Shown piece by piece: positions 38,201-51,163 of a DNA stretch of 64,000 nucleotides. Made by a program: the position numbers and the translations under genes. How positions within the stretch are numbered: the stretch's first letter is position 1; each line of letters starts with the position of its first letter. The stretch lies in NCBI GenBank assembly GCA_011109175.1, contig RDEW01000058.1:212978-276977 (forward strand). The letters are read 5' to 3'. The DNA is from Dicyema japonicum. Its lineage: Eukaryota > Animalia > Dicyemida. Below the pieces are notes generated by a model. That model saw only the letters and a list, made by a program, of their open reading frames with translations. It made no database searches and was not told the DNA's origin.

Positions 38201-41200
38201 GAACTCTCTGCTAGAAAAGAATCCTTAGGAAGTTATAGTGTTTATTGACTTAATTAGATGAATTAGAACGAGCACTAAAAGAGCGGGAAAATTCTGAAGA
38301 ATCAATGCGCCGTGACTTTGATCTTCTAAGACAGCAATCTACTGAAACCGAACAGAGCCTCCGACAGACGTTAGAAGCTTCAAAGAAAGCCTCGGAGGAA
38401 GACTCTGAGTTCTTCGTCTCTGAGCAAGTTGACTGTATTGCTCATAAATTAGGAACGAATGAGAAGAGAATTCGAACTTAAATGCCAGAATTTGGTCGAA
38501 AACAGCAGCAACGAGCTCCAAGAGATGACTCAAAAGTACGCCAGTCAACTAGCCCACGTGTGCGATGATATGAACACGCTTAAACTTGATCATGAGAGGG
38601 CCATTGGGACCCTGCAGACTGAGAAACAAGAAGTTTCTATTGGCTTGACTAATATAGATTGTCTCAAAGCTAGAAGAGGACAATGTCCTTCTACAGGAGA
38701 GACTAAGAGAATTGAGGAGGACTATGACCGTACTTCTGATGAACTAAGCAAACTGAAGTGTGAGTATTCCAGTCTGCAGTCCTGGTCTGATCAAACTATG
38801 AAAGGCTTTGAAACTGAAGTGACCAAAGTGAAAGCTGACTTGGCTGCAGCAATGTGACTTTCCTGCTTATTTTAGGGATCAAAATGCCGAGATGACTAGT
38901 GCGTTTAGTAAGGCACGTGAAGACTATGCCCAATACAGAGAAAGGGCTGGCAAAGAAGCTACGAATTTGTCTAGGAAAGTTGACTCCTTGTCGGACGAGA
39001 ATATGAGTTTGCGACAAGAAATTTCCAATTTGACTGAGAAAGTCGCAAATTTGAACGACACTAAGAAAACCCTAACAAACGACATTAACGAGCTTAAACG
39101 TAGACGAAATGACTCATTCTCTTTAGGTTGCCTTTCTGAGGAATCTGCCGAGAAGGAAATCAAGATTAGAGCCAACAATGAACTGTTAGACAAAGTAAGG
39201 AGCCTAGAGAGTGAGAAGACAGAACCACACGTTGTTTGAAGGACTGCAAGAGCAGATTGGCATGTTTGTGCCTTTTTCTTAGTCTTAGCACTACAAGGAC
39301 AATTTGACCAGGCAGAGCTAGAAATTGAACAACTACGGGCGAGTTTAAGGAACTCAGAGTCTCTTAAAGCTGAGATTGATCAGGAGCGACAACAGTTAGC
39401 AAAAGAGTCTAGCCGACTGTCAACAGAATTGGAACAGCTGGTTGTAGACAGGGAGGAACTGAGCGGCAAAGTGGTTAAGCTGGAAGAAACGGGACGGAAT
39501 CAGCCGCAAAGACATTTCTAACTACAAGCAAAAGGTTGGTTGTGAGATTGACTTAGCTTAGCTTTCCGACATGGAGGCTAATAAAGAATTGCTATTGAAA
39601 GATTTGGAGAGCTTAAACAACAAGCTAAGAGATTCTGAGAACACACTTCAAGAGAGGGACTGCGAACTTCAAATGGTATAAACGACTTGAACAGCATGGA
39701 GAAAAGACTAAATGGTGAAAAGGAGAGATTGGAGGGGCATTAGAAGCCATGGAAGAAGTTGTTGGGGTTATTTCGAGATTAGTGAACTGAAAATGGATGT
39801 TTCATGCAAGGATGGTCGATTGGGTGTGTTGGAGGCTCAGGTCTGCAAATATGAAGTCAAAAGCAACTCCCTTGGACATAAATTGGATGTTATCTGCACT
39901 GCTATAAGACGGTCTATTGGAGTGGAGCCTTCTAATACTGAAATGAGAACAAGAAGTATTAGTCCACGACCATTCTGTTGTTTTTTCCGCATTATTTATA
40001 TTTGTATTATTATTTTATTTTCCATATTTTTTTAAATATTCAATTTATTTTATTAATATTACAATTTATTTATTTTATTAAAATATTACATTTTATAATT
40101 TTTATTTTATTGACTAACTGCTGTAAATAAAAATAAACTGCTATATAGACATTGATGGGTTATAGAGAATATATCCTTTGTGTGTCAACTCACTCAAGCG
40201 CTCATCATCTTTCACTGCTGAATTTTGTAAGATTGCGATTTGCTTTAATTTTCATATTATATTTTATCCACTTATTAATTAGTTTACTCTTTGAGAAGTT
40301 GCTTGTCTTAAAAATACTAATTTGAATTAACTCAGTTCCATGTCATCATGTATGAGGTGGGCTTCTATTGAGCGTTGAGTGATTGTGTTGGGTGCCAAGT
40401 ACCTTAGAGTCACTAAATTTAACTATTTAATAAAATCTTATTATTTCCCGCTTAATTTTAAATATTAAATTTATTACTGTATAGTTAAAATCGGCGCGTT
40501 TGCAATTTAATATTAAACATATGTTAGACCGAGAACGAGGAAATGGAGTAGACAGAGAGAATTGTTACTATTTTATAATTTTATAGCTCAGCTGCGGAAG
40601 TCGATGAAAATATGTTTCGTTCAGCTATCATTTCTGTTTCGGAAAGACTTGCACGTGCAGAGAAAGACAGGGTTACTTTGACCGTTTACTTTAGGACGAC
40701 TTCCAAGCCCAGCTTGCCTTCGCTGACTCTGATATTGCTGATCTAAACAACGATTGCAGTATTCTCACAAACAAACTCGAACGTGTTCAAAAAGTCATAC
40801 AAGAACAAGAAAAAGGTTAATTTTTGTTTATTTAAAAATTAAATATTTTTTAATTACAAAATAATAAATTTATTCTTCAGAAAAGATCGCTCTTGAGTTA
40901 CGCCTATCATCCGTCCAATCATCCCTTTCTATGCAGGATGAGGCCATAAAGAAATTGGAGGCGGAAAAAAAGTCACTCGTTGAAAAGATGAATTCTCTCG
41001 AACAGTCTAACCTTCACAGTCAGACAGATAACAGGAATCTGAATGTATATGATTTGTTTACATGCAGGAAAAACTGACTCGACTCAAAGCTCAAGAAACG
41101 AGCCTAGACAAGGAGGCTGGTAGTTTAAAACAGAATCTTGAGGACCTGACAAACAGGCTTGCCTACTCGGATAGTGTCCGAATAAAGACGAGGACAATCT

Positions 41201-42339
41201 GAAACGTTGTAAAAATCTTCTTCAAGGGAAAACTGAAGAGATTGAGGTAAATGTGTTCTATATGGGAGAAAATCCAAAATCGCTGTTCTAAACAACAGAA
41301 ACTGGTTGAAGAACTTGAAATTAAGAATTCCGCATTAAATGCCACCGTTGAGCGCCAAAATTCAGCCATTTCAAAATTTGACGAAAAATGCGCGCCAATT
41401 CAGGATATGGTTAGTGTTGTATTTTTTGAAGACAGAATTCGAAGCTTTCTGCTATGTTGACGGATGCTGAGACCAAACTAGAAACTGCCCAGGGACGTAT
41501 TTCTACTCTACACAAAGATTTGGCAGATTCTGATTATAAGAAGGGGCAGTTACAACAGCAACTAGAATCAGCCAGGCAAATCGACTATTTAATACATAGA
41601 TCTCAGGTTGAGGTCCTAAGACGAGAGAACTCAGCTATTATCGACAGAGCAGACAACGTGGGATTCGAATTGCGAGAATGCAAGCAGGAGATGTATGAAC
41701 TGGAAGGTCAAATTCAACATTTGACGGATTCTGCAGAAAATTATGAGCGGGAAAAGCTAGCAAATGTCTATCAATTCCGCTGTTCTGAGGAGGCTAGGGA
41801 AAAGCTGGAAAACCAGGCCAAATCCCTCACGGAATTACTTGAAGAGGGCGAAAAGGAGAGAAACTGCTTGAAAAACGCGCTTTTTTCAGTTGAGCGGGAA
41901 AAATCGGCAATTCAGCGCCAGTTCTGTTCAGTAATTGTCGTTTTGGATTGCAGGCGGAAAGCGAAAAGAGGCACGTGGAGGGGAAACTACAGTCTGTCAG
42001 TATTGAACAATGCAGAGTATTCAAGAACCTGGAGAAGGAGAACACTGAGCTCCAACGGCAAGTTGAGGAACTGCAGATGCAGCTAGTTGATGCAGAAGAC
42101 ACGTGTTCTAAGAGGTAGAATGATTGTGTTAGTAAGATTGGCGGAAATATCAGCCAGGAAGCACATTGAGTGTGAGAGTGAGGTGCAGAGGATGGTGAAT
42201 ACTCAGATGGAGAATACAAGGTCGTTTGATATGAGGGAGAGGGCCCATCGTAGGAAAGTGATGGCGTTGGAAGATCAGGTCGTGATTGTAGTTATTTTAG
42301 GTGGAAGAATTGAGACGAGAGTTGGGGAGGAAGAAGTGA
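35297..42339 (+). CDS. CROCC: Rootletin (ciliary rootlet coiled-coil protein), about 35 introns
   Basis: LKDRLDMEQSNYRKKLEMYQQSQQRQAKLVKRLQEKV, YFSAEHSKMLSLWR, ALDKKQLQ and RAHRRKVMALEDQV match rootletin blocks. The frame is restored by 19-28-nt introns (e.g. 35437-35456, 35602-35624, 35703-35725, 42279-42300) and three long ones (37472-37606, 39977-40591, 40816-40880). Several 1-nt homopolymer losses remain; the start codon is tentative. Confidence 0.9.
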
Positions 42340-42689
42340 TTTACTAATAAATATATTTTATAACACTGGTTAGAAAAATCTAAATTTAACTAATAAATTA
42401 TTTGCATTGACATTTTTTTCCCACCTAATATATTGACTGGTTCACTGCTTCTTTAGCAGGTTAGAGGTTTGCTGGTTGGAAGGTTTCTCCTTTCTTAATA
42501 CACTTGGAGACATTGAATATCTCAACGTTTGAGAACACCTCAGATTTGTAAATCTCTATAGTTCGATTTCTGAATAAATGAGAAATATCATCTTAAAAAT
42601 TAAAGATTTAGCTATTTGATTTAGCCTAAATCTTTTTACTATAAATTCAAGATCTTCTGCCCCAAATTTGCTTGGATTGAGTCTTGAAT

Positions 42690-42978
42690 TCTTTACTTTT
42701 TTCGACTGTTTTATTGTCGAGACTCACTAAACCCATTATTTATTTAAAGATCATCTACGATGTGGGCATCACCCCCTATCTACCAACGTACGATATCCTA
42801 TGTCTTTTTTGCAACCTCTACGAGTTGACAGCAAACCACCTATTTGAATGTCATGTATTAACACAACGTTCGTCTACAAAGTCAGTACTAACCGATCTAT
42901 GGGAAGACCAACATCTGCAGCTTCCTATTTAATAGCGGCTGGCTTCCTACAAGTTTGTGAGGCTGGGGCAACTTAACT
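42690..42978 (+). mobile_element. Jockey/I-like LINE 3' end
   Basis: CLFCNLYELTANHLFEC...DLW zinc-finger-like end; caagtttgtgaggctggggcaac terminus shared with about 11310-11330. Confidence 0.7.
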
Positions 42979-43462
42979 AGAGATACGTTATTTGTTATAT
43001 TTTTCAAATTATAGCTTATTATATATAATTTTATAAATATTTGTCATTTTCTAATGAGTTTATTATTTTAAAAATATTTTTTGTAATCTGTTATAGAGCG
43101 CTACAATAGATTTGCAAGTCAGAACCGGATAGACGTTCACGAGTGGTTCCACTGGCTTCATTTTAACCAGATATAGTTCGCCATCTATCGAGTTTCAAGA
43201 AAAGCGTTAAGGAGTCTAACAAACTGGATATCACAAGCGACGGTATGAGTGTCAATGACCTCTGTAAAATGCTACTATGGAAGGTTTTTTGTGATTTATA
43301 GTTATCAAGGTCCTTAATATGAAGAATTTTCTAATTAATTTCTTCGATAACTACAATTTATTAAATAAATAAAATAAACCGAGTAAATTAACTAATTGAG
43401 TAAATTTTAATCTTGATCTCTGGTAATACCTCTCCATCTCTTAGAAAGAGATTGTATTATCA

Positions 43463-43723
43463 ACTTCCACTTATTCCTCACAGAAACAGAGTCCATCCGG
43501 AATCAGCATAAAAGGTAAGACATCCATTACATGCAGTTATGGAAACCCCTCCAGTAGAATGGGGAAGAGCAAATGATCCTTTTTCGTGCCGGCCTGGTAC
43601 TGAGCGTCACCTAGACAGGTAGATCACATAACGCCACTCTAATAGGAAGAGAGAGGAGGAACAGACAAGCAAGCAGAAAACTTCAACCAATTAACCACGC
43701 AGCATCACATGGCGCCACGCGGC
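43463..43723 (-). repeat. Non-coding dispersed repeat (SINE-like), near-full copy
   Basis: High identity, inverted, to 54865-55118. Confidence 0.9.
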
Positions 43724-44510
43724 AAATACGCGGGATTTAGTATTTAAATTTTAATATTCATAAAGAATGTAATATTATTTATAAATAAAACTAAATTAGA
43801 TCAAAGAACTCGTCCCGTAATCATTACAAACAATTTCCATTATACGTATCACTTCTCTTGTCCCGGTCCGCCTCCAAATTCTGCATGGAACCAAATACAA
43901 CTGTTGGATCTCATGGAACGTCCGCTCTTGTCTTGAAGTTTTTGTTAGCCACCGATTTCTTTCACTTGAATGGACCTGGGGTAAATATTTAAATTAAATA
44001 AACAATTTCGATTACTGCCACACACGACACACATCTTACTGATCTCCGGCAGCTTCTGCTTTCGGTAATTACAAATCGGTTAGCCGCATGTTTGAGTGAC
44101 TATGGGTAAACTTGAAGGTCACTTGAAAGGACTATGGATAAATAAATGAGATCGAAGAACTCGGTAAAGTAATCCTAGCACGCCTCAGTGGTAATAGGAT
44201 GTTGGCGGGGACCTTGTATTACTATTTTCATAGGGGACGGGTATTTTACAATTCACTAATGATTGTAGATATAAATTATTCAGAAAATATTATTATTGTC
44301 TCCAGGCTTAATCATTGGTAAACCTAGCACAAACAGAATAAATAACTAATCCAAGGAAGGAACACAAGGGAGAACGCCTCCTTGTGACGACCAAATCTAT
44401 CCTCCAAGCTTCTGCTTCCAAGAAAGGTTAAGAAGTATGTCTCCCCACTTCCAATTTTATCACAAGTCCACTTGATCCCTGAATTTATAAAATAATCGAA
44501 TATGCAAGTG

Positions 44511-44600
44511 AGAGTAAATAATCCAATAACGTAAAGGTAATCAATCGGATTTACACGACGTCAAATTGAATAATCACACATGAAATATTATATTACAAAT
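44511..44600. repeat. Third partial copy of the chitinase-like upstream block
   Basis: atccaataacgta...tcggat(t)tcac.(a)gacgtcaaattgaataatcaca, shared with 46984-47070 and 50956-51040. Confidence 0.75.
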
Positions 44601-45322
44601 AAATATATTAATGAAATTTATAACTATTATAATTATTTATTGTTTCGAAACTTGATTCATTAGGAAATAAATAAAAATTATGATTTTAGTATTTCGGTCT
44701 AGCAAACTGACTATTATGATAACAAGAACCGACAGACTACCGTCGCTGACTATGTCCGCACTCAAAAGTAAATCTAAAATTTGTTAGCCAACTTTGTATG
44801 ATAAAATTTTAATTTAACAAAAATATCAATTATTTTAGCTTTAATAATCAGTTCTCATACCTCGATGAATTGAGGAAGGAGAGAGAAGCAAAGTGGCAGG
44901 GAGAAAACTGGTACAGCGAATTGTAGAGAGCACAGCACGAGCGGAACCCTAAGTATTCATATGCTTATGGGTAACGTGGGAGTTTTCTTAACTAAGTAAG
45001 TAAATATTCAGTTTTTATAATGAAAACTAATCAATCCAGCTGCCAATCCGTCTTCGAACTTGCAGTTCGTTTAGCTCATGAGAATAAAAAGTCAAGGGTA
45101 TTTATCTCTCAAGATATACCTTTGTTCTACCCAACAAAGGTATATCGCCCACAACGACCTCCCAATTTCTAGCTGATCAAAATCAGATACCTAACCTAAT
45201 ATAGGACACAGGTTTTACTGGAACCGAAAATCAAGAAAATTTTAAATTTTTAAATTAAAAATTAAAATAGCACCAAATTATCCTAAAACTATCCATAACT
45301 GTTAGAACTAAATTAATAACGA

Positions 45323-46647
45323 TTAATAATTTTCTCTCCATTTCTTTACGTTAGTTAACCCAAACATACTATATTTGGATAAATCCTTAGTTGGTCGTGT
45401 ATTATCCCAGTTATTGGATAGGGACCCCTATTACAAGCTCCTCTATAGTCATCCATATCAAGACTATCTACATACACTCCTGCCATTTGTTTCTCGTAAA
45501 TATACCCAACCTGAAATAAATAACCATTAAACTTTTTTCGCAAGACTATATTCATTTTCGATTCCAATGTAAAGAGTTCTTCCATGAGCAAACGTGCTGT
45601 GTAATTCAGGGTCAGATTGTTCGCTGTATGGAGTCTTACAATACTACGACATAAATATGACCGAACTGAGTAATATGGAGTCTTAAAATACATTGGAGTC
45701 TTCGGATAATCGTAAACGACCCCATTATACGGATACTCGGAGGAACACTTTTTCATTAAGGCATATGTTAGAATAGCCATGACAAGCTTTTTGGGTTGAA
45801 TGTCGTTATTAATCAGGAAAGTCATGGTGTCGTTCTAAAATTAGGTGATATTTACTATGGAGTTATCAGGAAGATCTTTAAAAGTATAGCGGAAATGGGT
45901 GATTAACCGAACCGTTATATTTGCTATATTTATAATTTTCAACGAGGACGTAGTCAGAGAGTCTATTGGTGACATTAAGGTATTTTACCTGTTAACTTGT
46001 GGATGTTCGTATTTTTGATAAATAGAAATTGTCGTGAATAACAAATATTTGTTGTATTCTCGCAGAGCGGCATTTAGATTCTAAATTTTGTTGAATTTAA
46101 ACTTTAAGTAACAATTGTGGAGTTGAGGGGTTTTGCCAGTAAATATTATATCCATCAAAATTATATTTTGCAAGAAACATGAGAACATTGCTAGCGAAGT
46201 CTCTTGCCTTTTCTGAACTATTGGATGCTCTTTCAAAAGCAGGATCGTAGTCGTCTCCATCGAATAAAGTTCCGGCTGATGAAATAACCTTTAGATCTGG
46301 GTTTATTGACTTTAGCGCTTGTATTCGATTGTAATTATTAAATCCGCCTGAGATAGAATTTTAATCATTACCGGGTAAATCATGAATTGGAGAGGCCGTA
46401 GGATAAGCGAGAATCGATCTTAGCAGCATAGTAATAATATATGTGTGCACAGATATGGATACATAAACACACGCTTAAGATTTGATAACTATTGGCGCCG
46501 TCGTTTTTAAAAACACACATCAGAACTTTACCTATAATTCAATTTTAATAAATTTATACCTTTTAAATAGTTACGACTTGCCACTAGCCCCTATTTTGAT
46601 TATAAACGATTAACTACATTTAATAAAATCAGAAGAAGGATTAACAT
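45323..46647 (-). CDS. Secreted GH18 chitinase-like protein, copy 1 (non-catalytic; frameshifts in the 5' part, possible pseudogene)
   Basis: Signal peptide MLILLLILLN-GLVAS; LCTHI; FDGYNIYWQNP; MAGVYVDSLDMDDYRGAC..GPYPI; 21-28-nt introns. Confidence 0.8.
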
Positions 46648-47189
46648 TTTTGTTCTTCTATTACTTATTTTATTTCTGATTTGGTTTTGCCACCTAAAAA
46701 TTATAAAATATTTTGAAAAAATTATTATATTATTTAAATTTTATCTAAATAATTATTTTGTTATTTACTTTTAGCGAATATTATAACTTATTTTTAATAA
46801 GCGGAGTACATGACATTATTATCCAACAAAGATTGCTTATATGATAAATTTACATAGAACGTGCTTAAACTACGATGAGATTTAAACACCACTTACTCTT
46901 ACTATATAACTAGCCTAAAGTCCATTGATCATTAGTAATTATAAAATACTTAATAATTCAATATTCATGTAATAGTTAAGTTATCCAATAACGTAGAAAG
47001 TGACTAATCGGATTCACAAGACGTCAAATTGAATAATCACATTTTCACATATTATATATTATATTACAATAACTGTTAATTTTTTAAATTTATTACAAAT
47101 TAATGTTTTGGAAAATATAATTAATTCATTTTTGTTCGAGTAATACAATAATTCAGCGATAGTAGATTAGTTCCGCATGAGCGGGACCA
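46620..47189. repeat. ~570-bp segmental duplicate of the first exon + upstream region (other copy 50594-51163)
   Basis: Near-identical from ataaaatcagaaga to agttccgcatgagcgggacca. Confidence 0.92.
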
Positions 47190-47254
47190 AATGTATCAAT
47201 TTGTATTGATTAGAGAAATATGGAACGATTGACTCACATAAAACAAAGTTGCAT

Positions 47255-47720
47255 CAACATTGTGGTACATGATAACCGGACATTGTGGTACACGATAAGG
47301 AGTCTGGACAAGTCCTTATAATTGAGGTCTCAAGACCGTTTGCAGACTGTGGAGTGGAGAAAAATGGAAATATGATTTGCTTGCGAACGAGATGGGCAGA
47401 TGCTTGGTGCAGGTCGTCGTTATTCAATAGTAATGACGTGGGAAGGAATTGCAACAAAATACTAAAAGGTTTATCTGAAACAGTTAGGGGTAGATAGGAA
47501 GCTCTATGCTTATCTACAGTCCATAAAGTGGACCCTAGAGAGCCTGACACTGGAGTATAGGAGGCAGAGCCCGGAGATGCCAAATGGGAAGAGGGTTCAA
47601 TTGGACAAGGCGCTCTCAGAGTTGTTTCATCAACCGAATTAAACTTGCCTTTGAAGCTGGCTAACAGACAAGCGAGAAAAATTGTTGATTATTAAATATT
47701 AACTTTTTTATTGTTGGTTA
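47255..47720 (+). mobile_element. R4/Dong-like LINE RLE and 3' UTR
   Basis: PDIVVHDKESGQVLIIEV...KYDLLANEMG...PIVMTWEGIATK...TLESL. Confidence 0.8.
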
Positions 47721-47759
47721 AAGTAACTGGAATTTTATTAAGGAAAGAAAAGAGAGTGA

Positions 47760-48035
47760 ACGGTTATATAGCGGCTGCCTTGACTGCGTGGCTATTCCCT
47801 CTCAGGATGGCGAGCTAGATTCGCTCAAATAACCAGCAGCGCTCACGAGGGTCATTATTTATTTAAAAAAATGATTTGATTACGCAGTTGGTTAAATATA
47901 GTGGGGTTAATAATTTATATAAAATTTCTCCCTCTAAGAAGTTCATAAGAAGTGATGTTTTTGTATGCCGGCTGATTCAAAGTGCATTGTCCGGGAGGCG
48001 GAGGTCGAAAAAAAACTCGTCGCTAGAAGGGAAAT
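47760..48035 (-). mobile_element. CRE-clade LINE 3' end interrupted by an AT-rich island
   Basis: DPRERCWLFERI*LAILRGNSHAVKAAAI*. Confidence 0.7.
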
Positions 48036-48555
48036 ATTGTAGAAAGTAATATTTCCTATTTTTTGGATTCTCTAAAGCTGAAAAGCACTATCATAATTAA
48101 CATATTTAGTATGTGACATTTTCCACCTATGAAGAATTTTGCAGTAATGGTTGCAGACGATTTGTAAGAAATCAGGAGACGAGCACGACAACGAAAGGAA
48201 TTGAGAGGGCTAACGTAATGGATTGTTGAAAAACATTGCACAAGCGAAATCATAAACAGTATTTACAGCTAACGCAGATGTGCTTTAATAACTAACTAAC
48301 TAGTTGTGTTCTTTTAACTTCTTTTTCTGTGTATGGGATTAATACTTTGTACAAGTTACGAATTTGAGGAGTTATCTATTTCCGATTAAAACAATGTTAT
48401 TTACGCATATTATTTCATTAATGACGTTTCTTTTTTATTATATTAAATGTAACGCTCGAATTAATCGACAACAAAACTTTGGATGAAAATCAACAAATAA
48501 TCAAGAATTAAGTTTAATAAAAAGAAGGTTTTAATAATAAAAGAGTTATATAATA

Positions 48556-49070
48556 TTGGAAGCTGACTCCAATCTAATTACTTTATTCAAAGAAAAACAA
48601 AAACGGTTCCAATATTCACAACGGGACATATCACGAATGATGAAAGCACTGGGATACAGGAGCTCCGAAACTGGGCAACTCTCACTCAAAGACAACACTG
48701 TTGGGAGATTCGAAACTGGGCAACTCTCACTCAAAGACAACACTGTTGGGAGATCCGAAACTGGGCAACTTTCATTAAAAAAAATGCGAGACTATAAGGA
48801 TACTTTTTGTCATCACGTTGTGCTACATTATAGACAACATGGTTCCTTTCCCGACGGTCGCAATAACACAAATTTTCAACCTCTCAATTAACTAGAATAA
48901 GATTCCGTCAACATGGAATAAATCTCTGATGTACCATATCCTGAAGAAAAACAATCTAAACTACAGTTACAGAAGAAAAATGGTGGAAAAACATTAGTTG
49001 TTGGAAATTCAGTTATTCTGCGGATGGTTTCCGATTTGAAAACATCGACGTGAAAAAACTCACTGTAGTA
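48556..49070 (+). pseudogene. POU-specific-domain-like sequence plus a possible decayed homeodomain
   Basis: FKEKQKRFQYSQRDIS...TVGRFETGQLSLKKMRDYK parallels the POU-S consensus FKQRRIxLGxTQxDV...TISRFEALQLSxKNMxKLK; downstream frame has KKN..R..L...WF..HRREK with stops. Confidence 0.45.
48664..48780. repeat. 45-bp tandem repeat, ~2.6 copies, in frame (15 aa)
   Basis: Units begin at 48664, 48709 and 48754 (SETGQLSLKDNTVGR). Confidence 0.95.
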
Positions 49071-49449
49071 ATTCTCTTAGCAGTAATGATAATTTTTCAG
49101 AAAATCTTCAAAATAATATATAAAAAATTGACAATAAGCATCGAATAATCAAACAGTAGAGAATAATCCATATTTGTAGGTTACCGAAATATATATAAAT
49201 TAGACATTTTGATAACAGCCTTCAAAACTATTTGATTATCCAACAATTCATATGATATATAATAAAATATATTGCAATACAACAGAAAAATACGATAAAA
49301 AAGGAAACGACCACAACAGCATGGCAATCGCACGCCGAATAATGATCTATTATATTAAAAGGTTTGCCATATTGTAAAACAATTTTTGAAATAAATAAAA
49401 TAAATTAATTAATAAATTTATCTATAATTTAAGTCTTTTACGATTTTTT

Positions 49450-50590
49450 TGGTTGAGGTGGTGACGTGCCTCTCTTGCACCTATGTCTGCACAGGATTCA
49501 GAACAATTTAATGACCTGTCTATCCTAGCCTTCAATATCAGAGGCCTGAATAACGTGGCTAAGAGGCAGCTTCTATGTTCGGATGTTGAGAAATACCGGG
49601 GCTTTGTATGCTGCCTGCAGAAGAGTAAAATAAATAATAGACTCGATGAAACACATGCAAACTACAGGTTACTATTGCTTCCCTCGTAATCGAGGCATTA
49701 TGGACAAGGCTTTGTCATACACAAGGACTATATTCCTAGAGTATATCGTTACTGGAAAGTCAATGACAGAATCAGTGTCACAACTACGTACAAGATCAAG
49801 CAGAAATTCGAGGAGACTAATCTCAATTATCAACGTTTACGCACCACACAGTGGACGTATCCTAAAAAATATGGAAGAACTTGACCTGTTCTACGATGAA
49901 TTGGGATGGACATTTAACAGACCTTTGTTCATCATACTTATTGTTTATTGCCGGGGACTGGAATCCGAAAGTGGGAACCCGTTGAGGAAATGATAGCTTC
50001 ATTGGCCAGCACGGAAGAGGAATCAGAAACTTCCCCGGAACCATCCTGGCAGAGTTTTGCCAGGCATTTGATCTGTTCCTATGTAATACTGGTTTCCAAC
50101 ATCCCGCACGTCATAAAACGACATGGACTGGGCAACGACTTCTACCCACCAAAGGCTCTATTAACATTTTCAATCAAATCGACTACATCATCTGTCGAGT
50201 CAAAGAAAAATCACTCTTACGTGACTCGAGGTCTTACGTAGGTGCACCTATCGACAGTGATCACAAGATAGTCTCTGCCAAGTTCACAATGAGGACTTTG
50301 ACTGACCTAATAAGAAGAGAGCCAAACGTAGATGTAAGAAGAAGCTATAAAATGGAACAACTATGTTACTCTACATCGATCAGAGACAACTACCAAATAT
50401 CAATTACGAAATTTCTCCGAAACCTGGATCCCGGACTTCTTCCAGTAGGCACCTTGACGGAGACAATAAAAGGGATCCTCTCGGCAGCAAATGGGAGTAT
50501 CGGAACCTGGTCCCCATCACTGTTTAAAAAATGTATACATCCAGATGTTCCCGCCCTCATTAAAGAACAAAGGTAACTAAGATTACAACT
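49450..50590 (+). mobile_element. RTE-type LINE 5' portion (APE domain), 3'-truncated
   Basis: AFNIRGLN, INVYAPH, ELDLFYDEL, GDWNPKVG and DSDHKIV. Confidence 0.85.
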
Positions 50591-50593
50591 GGA

Positions 50594-51163
50594 AAATAAA
50601 ATCAGAAGAGGGATTAACATTTTATGTTCTTCTATTACTTATTTTTTTCTGATTTGGTTTGCCACCTAAAAATTATAAAATATTTTGAAAAATTATTATA
50701 TTATTTAAATTTAATTTAAAAAATTATTTTGTTATTTACTTTTAGCGAATATTATAATTTATTTTTTAATAAGCGGAGTACATGACATTATTATCCAACG
50801 AAGATTTCTTATATGATAAAGTTACATAAAAACGTGCTTAAACTACGATGAGATTTAAACACCACTTACTCTTACTATATAAACTAGCCTAAAGTCCATT
50901 GATCATAGTAATTATAAATACTTAATAATTTAATATTCATGTAATGGTTAAGTTATCCAATAACGTAGAAAGTGACTAATCGGATTCACAAGACGTCAAA
51001 TTGAATAATCACATTTTCACATGTGATATATTATATTACAAAACTGTTAATTTTTTTTTAATTTATTACAAATTAATGTTTTGGAAAATATAATTAATTC
51101 ATTTTGTTCGAGTAATACAATAATTCCAGCGATAGTACATGTAGTTCCGCATGAGCGGGACCA
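50594..51163. repeat. Segmental duplicate of 46620-47189; orphan first exon of the chitinase-like gene
   Basis: ATG (minus strand, 50620) MLIPLLIL then runs into antisense LINE sequence. Confidence 0.9.

Noticed and set aside
37750-41200. Repeated frame breaks in rootletin (about 37780, 38710, 39225, 39490, 39675, 39735, 41180) as programmed frameshifting, RNA editing or pseudogenisation
   Set aside because: Most are fixed by adding one base to a short A or G run, the signature of uncorrected long-read errors, and splice sites and coding motifs are otherwise intact. Short-read polishing would settle it.
36307-42219. Minus-strand ORFs overlapping rootletin, and antisense ORFs over the LINEs
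   Set aside because: These are shadow frames of coiled-coil or RT coding sequence with no independent motifs.
35297-42339. Alternative genetic code (stop-codon reassignment) to explain the fragmented ORFs
   Set aside because: The stops fall inside GT/GC-AG micro-introns or follow indels, and genes end at normal TAA/TGA codons.
48664-48780. CRISPR-like array
   Set aside because: The units are contiguous with no unique spacers, the context is eukaryotic, and the repeat is an in-frame coding duplication.
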